Source: Diplonema japonicum
Taxonomy: Eukaryota; Protista; Euglenozoa: Diplonemea
Direction of reading: 5' to 3'
Assembly: GCA_964019335.1 (NCBI GenBank)
Contig: OZ025695.1
Coordinates: 186,001 to 250,000, forward strand
DNA length: 64,000 nucleotides
Positions 54,386 through 63,900 of the stretch are shown one piece after another. Position 1 is the first letter of the stretch, and each line of letters starts with the position of its first letter. The position numbers and the translations under genes are program-made. The notes under the pieces are model-generated. The model was not told the origin of the DNA. It did no database searches and was given only the letters and a program-made list of their open reading frames with translations.

Positions 54386-57307
54386 TCAGGAGAACGTGAC
54401 GGAGCTCCTCCGGCCAGCAGAACCCCGCCGCTTCGTGTTCGGGGGAAAGACCCAGTCCTTTCTGAAGGAAAGGGCCCCGTCACACGGCACCGGGTCCCAC
54501 GCTGCGTGGAACGCAAAGGTTACAGTGTCCGTATCCGATGGGGTGTATGTGAAACCCATTGCAGAAGGCGTATCAGCAAGTACGTTTTTGGCCTCTTGAA
54601 GAGTGACACAGAGCTCGAAGAGAATACGTGAAGAGCTCAGCGTGACGTCTTCACATTGCTGGGAGATGACACAGGCGGGGACCGCTGCTTTGTAAGGGCA
54701 GTCGATCCAGCCCCCATTCTCGAATAACTGCCATGTGGTGATGTACTGAGGCAGGATCCCGTCGTGCACGCTCTTCGACTGCATGAGATAGTTGTCCTCA
54801 CCCTCGCAGAGCACCCACCTCCCGAACGCGCTCGAGAACAGCGAGACGTTTCCGCTGTTCCACTTTGTCGTTCCTTTCTCCTGCATGTGCACCACCCAGT
54901 TTTTCTCCACGCACCCTAAGATTAGCCTCTCGGGGATGATCAGTACTTCAATGTCACGCCAGTGTGCTTTCTTCGTCTGCGTCTCGCCCTCCAGCATCAC
55001 ATGGACGTAGTCGACATCAGGCTGCAAGTCCACCATTGTCAGTAATGTATGTTTCTTTCTTAATCTCAGTGGTTCTGAGTACGGACGGTTCTCAGTGCAA
55101 GGGATCCAGCCTTGCTCTCGGGCCTTCCCGTCATCGGAGTCCCACGACGCAGGTGTCACAATCGGGATGTCCTCAGGCACGTCGCATTGGATCTGTGGCA
55201 GCGGCATTGTGCTCCTTTTACCCACCTTCACAGCTTTTGTGAAGCGCAACCCAAACCGCACAGTGTCGGCTGCCATCTGGATGCTACGTCGCTGCGCCGT
55301 GCCAGAGGGGCGCCATGGGGCACGCTTCCCTTCCCTGTCGCTTTTGTCGCTGCAGACAGAGGAGCGTTTATCACTGGTATTGCAAGAAAATGCTCGGAGA
55401 CTGTCTAACCTAACGTACTGTGCTTGTTCTTGCTGCAACGCTCTGTATGCAGTCTTGAAAGAATCTAGCACGGTAAGGACATTGTCCTCAAAGCTCTCGT
55501 GGACTGCCTTGGTCGGCATCTGCCCTGAGTCGGAATTCCGCTTCAAAACTCTATTTGTAATCGCCTGCAGGCTTGAAATGATCTTGTTCCTCTTCGCAAT
55601 CTTCTCGGCGCCCGATTTGTCCTCACGACGCAGCAGTACCTCTTGCAACGCGAACTCTTCTACGGCTGCTTGCAGCACTGTTTGCGTCTGTTTGGCTATC
55701 TTCTCCGCCGCAGCACCGTTGCTCTTCAGTATCATGTACAGAGCCTGTTTCATCTCCTCGGTTGCCTTGTAAGGGTTCCCGTTGAAGCCACCCGATTTCG
55801 CGTTCAGCTTCATCTTCTCCCACAGGTCGTTGAACTTGAAGCTGCTGTTTCGCATCGTCTCGTTGAGGTTTTCGACCACGTTGCTCACTACGTGCTGCGT
55901 TGTGCGGAAGAGACGGGAGTCTGGTTCAAACAGCGATTTTGACACTTCCACAGATATGGATGTGTCAGGTACTTCGTACAGGAGGAAGGGCTTAGACGCC
56001 TTGCGGTACATAGAGGGCATGCTGGCGTGGAGTTTCGTGTTTTTCTGTAGAGTCGGCACAGTTGCCTTCACCGCGTCGTTGTCGTACAGCCCCATCATGC
56101 TCTGTTCCATGATGCTCAGGATATGCCGCAGTTTTCTCCGCGTGACGCGCAGTGTGCTCACCTTCAACATGAGTTTCTGCGTCTTGTGAACACCGCTCTT
56201 CGCCTTGTCGACCACTAACGCAGCAATGGAGCCCCTCACTCTGTTCGACATGTGCTGAAGCCGTGTCTCCAGCTCGGTTGTCTGCTTCACATAGTACGCT
56301 TCCATTCCTTTGAAAGCTTTCTCGGCCGTCTCTAGCTGTCTTGTCTTGTTCCTGCACTCGATGATGAGATCTTGCACCCTGTCCGTCAGCCGTCGCTTCT
56401 CTGTCACAATAGTTTCCCTCTCTGCAGCTAGCTCACGCTCCCTGTCTTGCACTTCCTCCAACGACAGTGTTGTGTTCTCAAGCTTGGACTGCAGATCTGT
56501 CACCTTGGTTGTGAGCTCTGTCTTCAAAGTCTGCAGCTCTGTTGAAGCGTGCAAGCAGCTCATCTCATTCTCGGACGCTTTGGCTTGCGTCGCTTTACAG
56601 TATTCCAGCAAGCGGTCGTTTGTCTGCAACTGCATCATGTATTTATCGTGGATGGCCTGCTGCTTCCTCTGTGCTTCTTGCTGAAAGGTAATGAGATCCA
56701 TTCGCAGTTTGGAGTTGACCGAGTGCGCCTCTTCCAAATCCTGCGCCTGATGTTGCGTGAGGTCCTCTCTGATTTCTAAGACGCGTGCTTTGGTGTCCTC
56801 GATGGTGGCAGCAAGTAGCTCGGTCCGGCACTCCACCTCACCGAGGGGCGTGTGATCGAGGTTAGCTGCTAACTGCAAGGTGTGGAGCTTGTTTGTGGGT
56901 TTCGGCGGCTCGGCTTCCTTTGGCTTTGCTGCGTGTCTCCCGACACGTTCCTGCATTCTCCAACCGGGAAGCTTTGTCATGGTCGATGCCGCTGTAGCTG
57001 GTCTGCTTTTGAGGACTGGCGGTGCGTCGTCGAGTTCTGTCGCTTTGTGGAGGTGGATCTTCTTCCACCTATCGGTCTTCAGGGTGTTCAGGATGCCCAC
57101 GGCCTCTGTCACCTCCGGCTCCACGCATCTCGTTACGAAGGTCCCCATTACATTCCTGATGAGTTCTTGCCGCACTTTCGTTTTGCAGTGCGGAGAAATC
57201 AGCGGCGACACGCCCTTTCCCAGTAGAGTCGACGTCAGTGTCTTCACTTGACTGGTCTTCTTCCTCTCACCATCTCGCAGTGTGCTCGAGAATGACGTCA
57301 CTTCCAT
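54386..57307 (-). CDS. Coiled-coil protein with globular C-terminal domain, hypothetical
   Basis: Start MEVTSFSS lies just after a TTACAG acceptor. The longer ORF-track start overlaps the upstream gene. Confidence 0.8.
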   Translation of the reverse strand: MEVTSFSSTLRDGERKKTSQVKTLTSTLLGKGVSPLISPHCKTKVRQELIRNVMGTFVTRCVEPEVTEAVGILNTLKTDRWKKIHLHKATELDDAPPVLKSRPATAASTMTKLPGWRMQERVGRHAAKPKEAEPPKPTNKLHTLQLAANLDHTPLGEVECRTELLAATIEDTKARVLEIREDLTQHQAQDLEEAHSVNSKLRMDLITFQQEAQRKQQAIHDKYMMQLQTNDRLLEYCKATQAKASENEMSCLHASTELQTLKTELTTKVTDLQSKLENTTLSLEEVQDRERELAAERETIVTEKRRLTDRVQDLIIECRNKTRQLETAEKAFKGMEAYYVKQTTELETRLQHMSNRVRGSIAALVVDKAKSGVHKTQKLMLKVSTLRVTRRKLRHILSIMEQSMMGLYDNDAVKATVPTLQKNTKLHASMPSMYRKASKPFLLYEVPDTSISVEVSKSLFEPDSRLFRTTQHVVSNVVENLNETMRNSSFKFNDLWEKMKLNAKSGGFNGNPYKATEEMKQALYMILKSNGAAAEKIAKQTQTVLQAAVEEFALQEVLLRREDKSGAEKIAKRNKIISSLQAITNRVLKRNSDSGQMPTKAVHESFEDNVLTVLDSFKTAYRALQQEQAQYVRLDSLRAFSCNTSDKRSSVCSDKSDREGKRAPWRPSGTAQRRSIQMAADTVRFGLRFTKAVKVGKRSTMPLPQIQCDVPEDIPIVTPASWDSDDGKAREQGWIPCTENRPYSEPLRLRKKHTLLTMVDLQPDVDYVHVMLEGETQTKKAHWRDIEVLIIPERLILGCVEKNWVVHMQEKGTTKWNSGNVSLFSSAFGRWVLCEGEDNYLMQSKSVHDGILPQYITTWQLFENGGWIDCPYKAAVPACVISQQCEDVTLSSSRILFELCVTLQEAKNVLADTPSAMGFTYTPSDTDTVTFAFHAAWDPVPCDGALSFRKDWVFPPNTKRRGSAGRRSSVTFS

Positions 57308-57384
57308 CCTGTCATCCTGTAATGTGTAAGCAGGACCAGGCTCGGTTACGGAATACAATACAAGAAATAAATGAATAGACAAAA

Positions 57385-58344
57385 CTACATAACCTCCATC
57401 CCTGCCATCAAAGGCTTCGGAGGTGCTTGGCGATACTCGCCTTTGAAGACGATGGTGTTGTTCGGCGTGCTGCCGCTCCACAGACGGATCTCGTGGAGCA
57501 GCGCCCGGTGTGCGGGGGTCATGACTTCCTGGAGAGAGGTCCAGATAAAGGATGCGAGATTTTCGGTGGTGGGGACGTTGAGGCGGAAATAAGGGACATC
57601 GGTGTCCAAATGCTTATGGTCGAGGGTGTCGATGACAGAGCGGCGAAGGTAGGTGGAGAGACAAGAAGGAGAGATCACATGCCCGGTGGTGGGGTTCACC
57701 GAACCACGTATGACCAGTTCAAGTGTGAATGTGTGCCCGTGGATACCAGTGTCCTTCCCGTAAAGAACCGCATTCTCATCATTAGAAAGGGAAGGCGCGC
57801 AGAGCTTACGAACAGCGGAGAACTCTTGACGAGTTACAACATCGACAACGGGCACTGCAATAGGAGCCTGCTGTGTTCTGGGAACTGAGTACGACTCCAC
57901 TGCAGGCATGGATGGGGAATGCCGTGGAGAGCTTGTCGCAGACATTCTTTCTTGTTTTTCAGGCAACGCTTGATGCAAGAGCTCATCGGTGACTCCCGAT
58001 TTCTCCAAGACCTTGATATACTGGTCGTGGGGATCGATCTCTGCAGCTTTTTCTAACAGAATAGTTGCTTCTCCGTACTGCCCAAGGAGGCGTAAGGCTA
58101 ACGCTGCCTTCACGTACCCCTTTGACCACTCAGGGCGAATTTCGATGCAACGCCTTGCGTCGGACAAGGCGAGGTCGCCCTTTCTCAGGTTCAGGTAAGA
58201 TGCGCTTCTGTTCGATAGGAGGTGTGTGTCCTCCCCTTTGATCTCCATTGCTTTGCTGTACGCCTCCACCGCATCCCAGAATCGGCCCCCTTGGTAGTGC
58301 CGGTTTCCGTCGCCACACAGTATCTTGGCCGTTTCAGAGTCCAT
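57385..58344 (-). CDS. TPR (STI1/SGT-type) fused to a 6-pyruvoyl-tetrahydropterin synthase-like domain, catalytically degenerate
   Basis: Three TPRs (GNRHY, AVEAYSKAM, LSNRSASY, PEWSKGY); PTPS motifs DEN..LYGK, HGH, LDHKHLDTDVPYF, TTENLA, NNTIVFKGE. Confidence 0.88.
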   Translation of the reverse strand: MDSETAKILCGDGNRHYQGGRFWDAVEAYSKAMEIKGEDTHLLSNRSASYLNLRKGDLALSDARRCIEIRPEWSKGYVKAALALRLLGQYGEATILLEKAAEIDPHDQYIKVLEKSGVTDELLHQALPEKQERMSATSSPRHSPSMPAVESYSVPRTQQAPIAVPVVDVVTRQEFSAVRKLCAPSLSNDENAVLYGKDTGIHGHTFTLELVIRGSVNPTTGHVISPSCLSTYLRRSVIDTLDHKHLDTDVPYFRLNVPTTENLASFIWTSLQEVMTPAHRALLHEIRLWSGSTPNNTIVFKGEYRQAPPKPLMAGMEVM

Positions 58345-58599
58345 TTTTTTTTTTTTTTTTGTACTGCAAAAAAAAAAAAAAAAAGATTTTTTGAAAGTGA
58401 GGGGGGGAAAAAAACGGATAGGAAAAAAAAGGGGGGGGGGGCAGTGAGGCGGATGGATTGTACTTTTCTTCCTGATAAACTTTTTTTTCTTTTAATCCCA
58501 TGTTTCTTTCTTTTTTTTACCCCTTCTTTTTTCTCCAACAAAACAAATGAAATAATAATAAAAAAATCCCCTATTTTCTTTTTTTTTCTTTTTTTTTCA

Positions 58600-58961
58600 T
58601 CATATCTCCTTCACCCCGGTGAAGGTATTACAACCAGGGAAGGGGTTCCCTTTCGAAAGGACCACTGTTTGGTGCTGGCGAGAAATGTAACCCTAAAAAA
58701 AAAATTGTTGCCAAAAAAAAAACTTTTTTTGATACCTTAATCTGCCCATTTGCGATGAGGCACACGAGGGCACATTCGATCTCGTCAGGGCTGATCGTCT
58801 TACCGTTGTTGGCTGTCTCATAGGCAGCTGTGAGCTGGGCCATCTTGACCCTAGAGGAGAAGGTGGCGTCGCCAGGCTTAAGAGAAACAAGGCAGTAATG
58901 GACGCGCCTTGTGAGGTTCAAGAAGCACATCATTCTCGCACGATGCAGGATCACATAAATT

Positions 58962-59006
<45 letters not shown>

Positions 59007-60162
59007 CCAGCATACCAATTTTGCAAAGAAAGACGCGTTATCCTCGATCGCCTTATCGAACTGGTGTGTGTTCCCCACCTGGATCGCCTCCACAAGCGGT
59101 TGGAAGATGGCCGTCAAACCATATTCGGCAAGCAGCTCGGACGACGGGAATTTCCCCTTTTTTTTTTTTTTTTTTTTTTTTTCCTTCCCAAAAAAAAAAA
59201 AAATAATAATAATAATAATAATAATAACATACCTGCACCAATTTCACCGTGACAAGGAAAACCAGGATGCGGATCTGGTTTTTTCTGTACGAGGTGTGGC
59301 ACAGCTTGAAGGCGGCTTTCAGATCCTCCTCAGCTTCGTTAAACCGCTGTTCCAACATGCTGACCCTGCCGGAGTAGAACAAATGGGTAACACGCTGCCC
59401 CTGCGTCGTCAGGTCGAGCGGCGACTTCGTCCCATCTTTGCTGCTCTTCTCGATCTCACGCGACAGCATTTGCATGGAAGGCTTGATGACACCCATATTG
59501 TTTGTGTGGAAAGCGGCTTTGCTGAGGTTGTTGCACAGCGTGACCATTCCACGTTTCTTTGAGTCAGCGATGTTCGGCGTGCGATCCGAGCCGAGCTTTG
59601 AAAGAGAAGTTTGCAACGCCGATGTAACCTCATCCATACGTTTTCCTCTCTTCCCTTCCTGCTGTTCGTACAAGTATGCTATCCGTCTGGTTCTGTTGAG
59701 GATGGGGCCTAGCATTTCGACCATCCAGGAAGGCTTTTCGCAGTTGTCTGACGAGCAGTCGCCGAGGTATTGATTCAGATTCTTGACGGCGGTAAGCATG
59801 AGGTTGTGCGCTTTTGCGATGTCGTGATTGGACTCAACGACGCCTTGTGTGAAGCATCCTACCAAAGCTGCGATTTTCTTGTGTGGGCCGATGCACCAAG
59901 GGGATAGTTTTCCCGCCAGCTCTTCCGCGCTTCCAGCACCGGATTCTTTCCAGAGCTTCTCTGCGGTGCCGTTGACATTGTTGAAGAGCTGCACGAACGG
60001 TGTTGGGTCCAGTGCTTCCAGACCCATTTGCAGCGTGCTCATCACCCCCCTCGCCTGAACCCCCGAGTACATCCCTCCTATATTCCCCCTTCCCGTCATA
60101 CCATCCCCTTGGCCGTTACCTTTCCCTCCCTTCCGTTTTTTCGCCTTTCCTCCACCAAACAT
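58600..60162 (-). CDS. PCID2: PCI domain-containing protein 2 (Thp1/Csn12-like, TREX-2), 4 exons (60162-59233, 59156-59016, 58963-58736, 58692-58600)
   Basis: SKKRG, QRVTHLFYSGR, KNQIRILVFLV; spliced junctions LVQ-GKFPS, FAKL-GIYVIL and DEIEC..LI..GQIK-GYISRQHQTVVLSKGNPFP. Confidence 0.9.
58693..58735 (-). other. 43-nt intron with a U-rich 3' end
   Basis: GTATC-A7-G-T10-GGCAACAA-T10-AG. Confidence 0.9.
58964..59015 (-). other. 52-nt poly(A) intron
   Basis: GTATGCTGG-A42-G. Confidence 0.92.
59157..59232 (-). other. 76-nt intron with U14/A25 hairpin
   Basis: GTATG-(TTA)8-T14-GGGAAGG-A25-G. Confidence 0.92.
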
Positions 60163-60971
60163 TTTTTTTTTTTTTTCTAAGGGGACCACCTTTTTTTTTT
60201 TTGTTGGGATTAAGCAACGAAGGAAATAGAAAAAGAATACTTGAATTTTCTGTGTTCTAGGAAAGGGGAGGGGGGGGGGGGGGGGGGTCAATTTATAGTA
60301 TGGGGTGTTATTGAAAATCTAGGGAGGGGTTTTCTTTTTTTCTTCTTTCAAAAAAAAAAAGGAAGGGGGAGGGGGCTTATCACACAATCAAAAAAAAATG
60401 GAGAACCATAAACAACATGAACTAACTTGTGAATCAGCTGCCCACCCCCATAGGGCCTAACCGGTTGGTCGACGCAGCGAGGCATCGGTGGGGGAGGAGG
60501 GGGGTGCGCTTACAAACGCTACCTTAGTTTGCAGCCAACGAGTTTCATATTCTTTTTTTTTTTTTTTTTTTTTCTGCTTTTTGCTTCCTCTCCTTCCCTC
60601 ATTTCTTGAAAAAAGAGGAGCCCAATTACTGAAAAAAAAAAAAAAAAAAAAAAAAAACTCTTTTTTTTTTTTTTTTTTTTTTTTTGCATCATCCCTTTTC
60701 TCTCTTTTCCCATTTTACAGGTGGTAAAAACGACCTGTGTTCCACAAAAAAAAAAAAAAAAGGAGTTCTATGTTTCCTTCTATTTGTCAGCATGTCGTGT
60801 AGAAGACTTCCTGCATTTTCATTTTTTTTTTCTTTTTTTTTCTTCCCGATCTTTCCCGCAATACCTTTTCGTTCTCAAGGCTTCTAAACGCTCTTCACGG
60901 TCTCGCTGCAAACTTTCAATCGGATCTTTTTTGGATTTCCCCCCACCCCCCTACCCCCCTTTTTTTTTCTT

Positions 60972-63900
60972 TTACATACCAACGCCAGCGCTTTGTAGAA
61001 CCTCGTAATCACGGTGCAGGCGTCTCTGATAGGATTCTTCAAGAGATTTTTGCCGCTGGGTTAGGATGGAGGGGACGCCTCGCTCAGCAGTGAGATCAGG
61101 TGCCAGGAGGACGTTCGGCGGGTTGCTGTAGTAATCATTATCGACCAACCACTGCTTGTTCCGCATTGTCCGTTCCTGTTTTGATCTGTTATCGTAATCT
61201 CTCGCCAGGTAGTGCTCTCGGTTGTGGTCCCAATCGTCTTGAGCAGCGAAACGCTGGCAGGCGACTTTGAAGTGCCGGGCTCGGTCCCCTTCTGTTGCTT
61301 GTTTTTGCTTTTCCTTCTTTTCCAGCTCCTTGAGGAATTTCTCCTGAGCACGCTTCTCGACTTCTACGGTGAGAACTCTTTGCCGGGTCTCGCAAGCTTG
61401 CTTCTTCCTTCGTTCTTCTTCTTTCTTGTTACGTTCCTCTTCCCGGTGTTTTCTCGTGTCATGTAGCTTTGTATCGTAAGCATTCCGTTGTTCTTCTTTC
61501 CGTTTCTTATACTTCTCCTTAAGCATCGACGCAGATAAGGCTTCAATTTCTTTCTCGAAATCGACAGGTCCGCCCGTGCATATGCGTTTCCTCTCGTCTC
61601 GTGATTTCTTTTTCTGCCACACTGCTTCCTTCGCTTCTCCTTTAAGCCTTTCTGCGTCTAGTGTTGCGATTGCTTGGTTCTGCTTTTCCAACAAGGCGTC
61701 GATCCGGTATTCCTCCTTCGCCCGCTCTTCTTCTATAAATTTCATCAGAAGCATTTTTCTACAATAAACGCCCCGTATCCTCGCCGCCACGATCGCGTTC
61801 GCCTTCCCTTTCTTTGTCGCAAGCTCCGCTTCCTTTATTCTGGTTGCCTCTTCCATCGCTTGTTGTCTTTGTTCTTCCAGTGCCTTGTCTTTTTCTGCCT
61901 GTACCGCTTGTTGTTTCAACTCCTCTTCGAGTCTCACTTTATGTTTCTTGACGAACAGCCAGAAGCAATCATGTCTTGGAGATCTACCTCTCGACACCTT
62001 CTGGATGACCCGGATGTATCGGTCTACTGCTCTTTCTTTTTCAACGTTGAGTTTGATGAAGGCGACCTGGCGGAGGAATACCTTGGTGTTCCCCATCTGT
62101 CCGGAGGACTTGTCGATCCCAACGGCGTCGAGGATCTTTTGACACAGCGACTTGGTTTGGGAAGAGTCTTCGTCCTTGGTTCTGTTCAGACCTTCGGACC
62201 CCAAGAGCGCGCAATATCTGTCGCAGAACAACGCGTGCTTGAAACGGATCGGATACCCTGCCTTGCGGACTCTCACGGTCTCGATAACCCCTGCGCTTCG
62301 AAGCTGGCTCATAACTTGCGCAGGGTCCCACATAAGAGGTTTTTTTGCAGGGTGTGGCTTCACGCATCGAATCCAATGCGGGTTGGTGCTGTTCACAAGC
62401 GCGATCAGCTCCTTGACCTGATCCTTGAAGAACCCGCTGACGGTGATTTGAGCTGTCGGACGGGACTTGTCAGGGGGAGGCGGGAGGAGGCATTTGATAA
62501 GAGTGTCGGAGCTGCCCCGGATCAACAGTTTCATTTCGTCCTTCAAGGGCTCCTTGTTCTTTTCAAGCCAGGACGTGACATCGTAGATCACACCGCCCGC
62601 ATAATGTCGGATGATGAATGAGTTGGGGTGCTTTCGTTGAACCTCCCCACGGGGCTGACCGTAGAATTCATGGCCAGGCTTGGCACCCTTGCCCTGTCCG
62701 GGTCCGAATGTGTCGTGCAGTTTGGAGAGAAGTTGTATGTCAGATCCTTTTGGAAGGGCGCATTCTTCGTCAAGCATTGAAAAGACGGATTTCTTGCCGG
62801 AAAGGAGGTCGAGGCAGGCTTGGTTATCAGCGAAGGTGACGTCGGTGGTGTCGATGCCCTCTCGTTGGCATTCTTTCATATCCTCGACGAAGATGTAGGA
62901 GTTGTAGTGGGATTGAAGCGCTTCATTCGCAAGGTTGATGCAAAGCTGCTCAAAAGAGTTCTGCTCGAAGCATTCGAACCCAAAGATGTCCAGCAAACCC
63001 AACCAATTCGCAGTGTTCTCCGTGTTGTCAGTTGTGAGATTAATCTTGTCGACAAGCCACTGAAACAAAGTATCATACATCACCTTCGACACACTGTCCC
63101 TCACGTCAGTTGATTTCGACTTCGGGTACGTTTTGGTCATAACACTCCCTCCTACTGTTGTCGACGCCGAAGTGAGTTCCTTTAACATTACTTGATGGTC
63201 TACGCAGAACTGTTCGCAGCTTGATTTCAACAATTCTGTGTTTTTCTCGTCTAAAAACGAAGCTTGGTTGTTTTGCGCGTCTATCTTCTCCTCGAACTCG
63301 ATGTTCTGATACAATAAAATACCAGCCACGGTCTTCCACACGGATGTTTTTTCCTCCTCAGTCATTCCTATGTTGTCCATCGAGGAGAGACACGCTGCTT
63401 GATCCTCGTTGTCGTCAACACCGTCAATCGTCAAACACTTCCCAGCATTGCATGATACGTAAGCATCGCTTGTTTCCAAGTTGTACTTGGTGCGGTCGGG
63501 GTGCGCGCAGATTTGGTAGAACACGTGGTATATTCGCTCGGACGTCGCCGCCGTAATGATACGCGACTTCTCCAACAGGTATTTCGTGGTGTGGGCTCCG
63601 ATGAGGAACCCGTCCGTGCTGAACTGTATCTTCATGAACTTCCCGAAACGGGAGGAGTTGTCGTTCCGCACTGTTTTCGCATTCCCGAAAGACTCCAATA
63701 TAGGTGATGCAGCTTGAACTTTAACACCAACCTGGTTGGTGGCGTCCTTTACCTCCGAGGTTGCTTTTTGACAGGACACCGCAGTTAGATATTCCACTAC
63801 AATTTTTGCCGCGACTGTCTTCCCCGCACCTGACTCCCCGCTGATGAGGATGGTTTGGTTCTGTCTGTCATTGACAAGCTCGAAGTATGTCTGGTGAGCT

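Noticed and set aside
57308-57481. Apparent same-strand overlap between ORFs 54386..57481 and 57385..58344
   Set aside because: The extension is a chance open frame; a good acceptor and ATG exist at 57307.
58608-58660. Short hairpins ccttcacc/ggtgaagg and cctttcgaaagg resembling terminators
   Set aside because: They lie within the last coding exon of PCID2 in a eukaryotic gene and are likely incidental.
9407-59302. Apparent frameshifts or pseudogenes, or programmed frameshifting at A-runs, in the kinase, WD40, CSTF1, antiporter and PCID2 genes
   Set aside because: Each break is bracketed by GT and AG, and removal restores conserved motifs exactly, so introns are the simpler explanation.
123-63707. 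Numerous plus-strand ORFs (e.g. 1021-1956, 43371-44264, 52967-54130, 61674-62621)
   Set aside because: They are antisense shadows of minus-strand genes or repeats and show no recognisable motifs.
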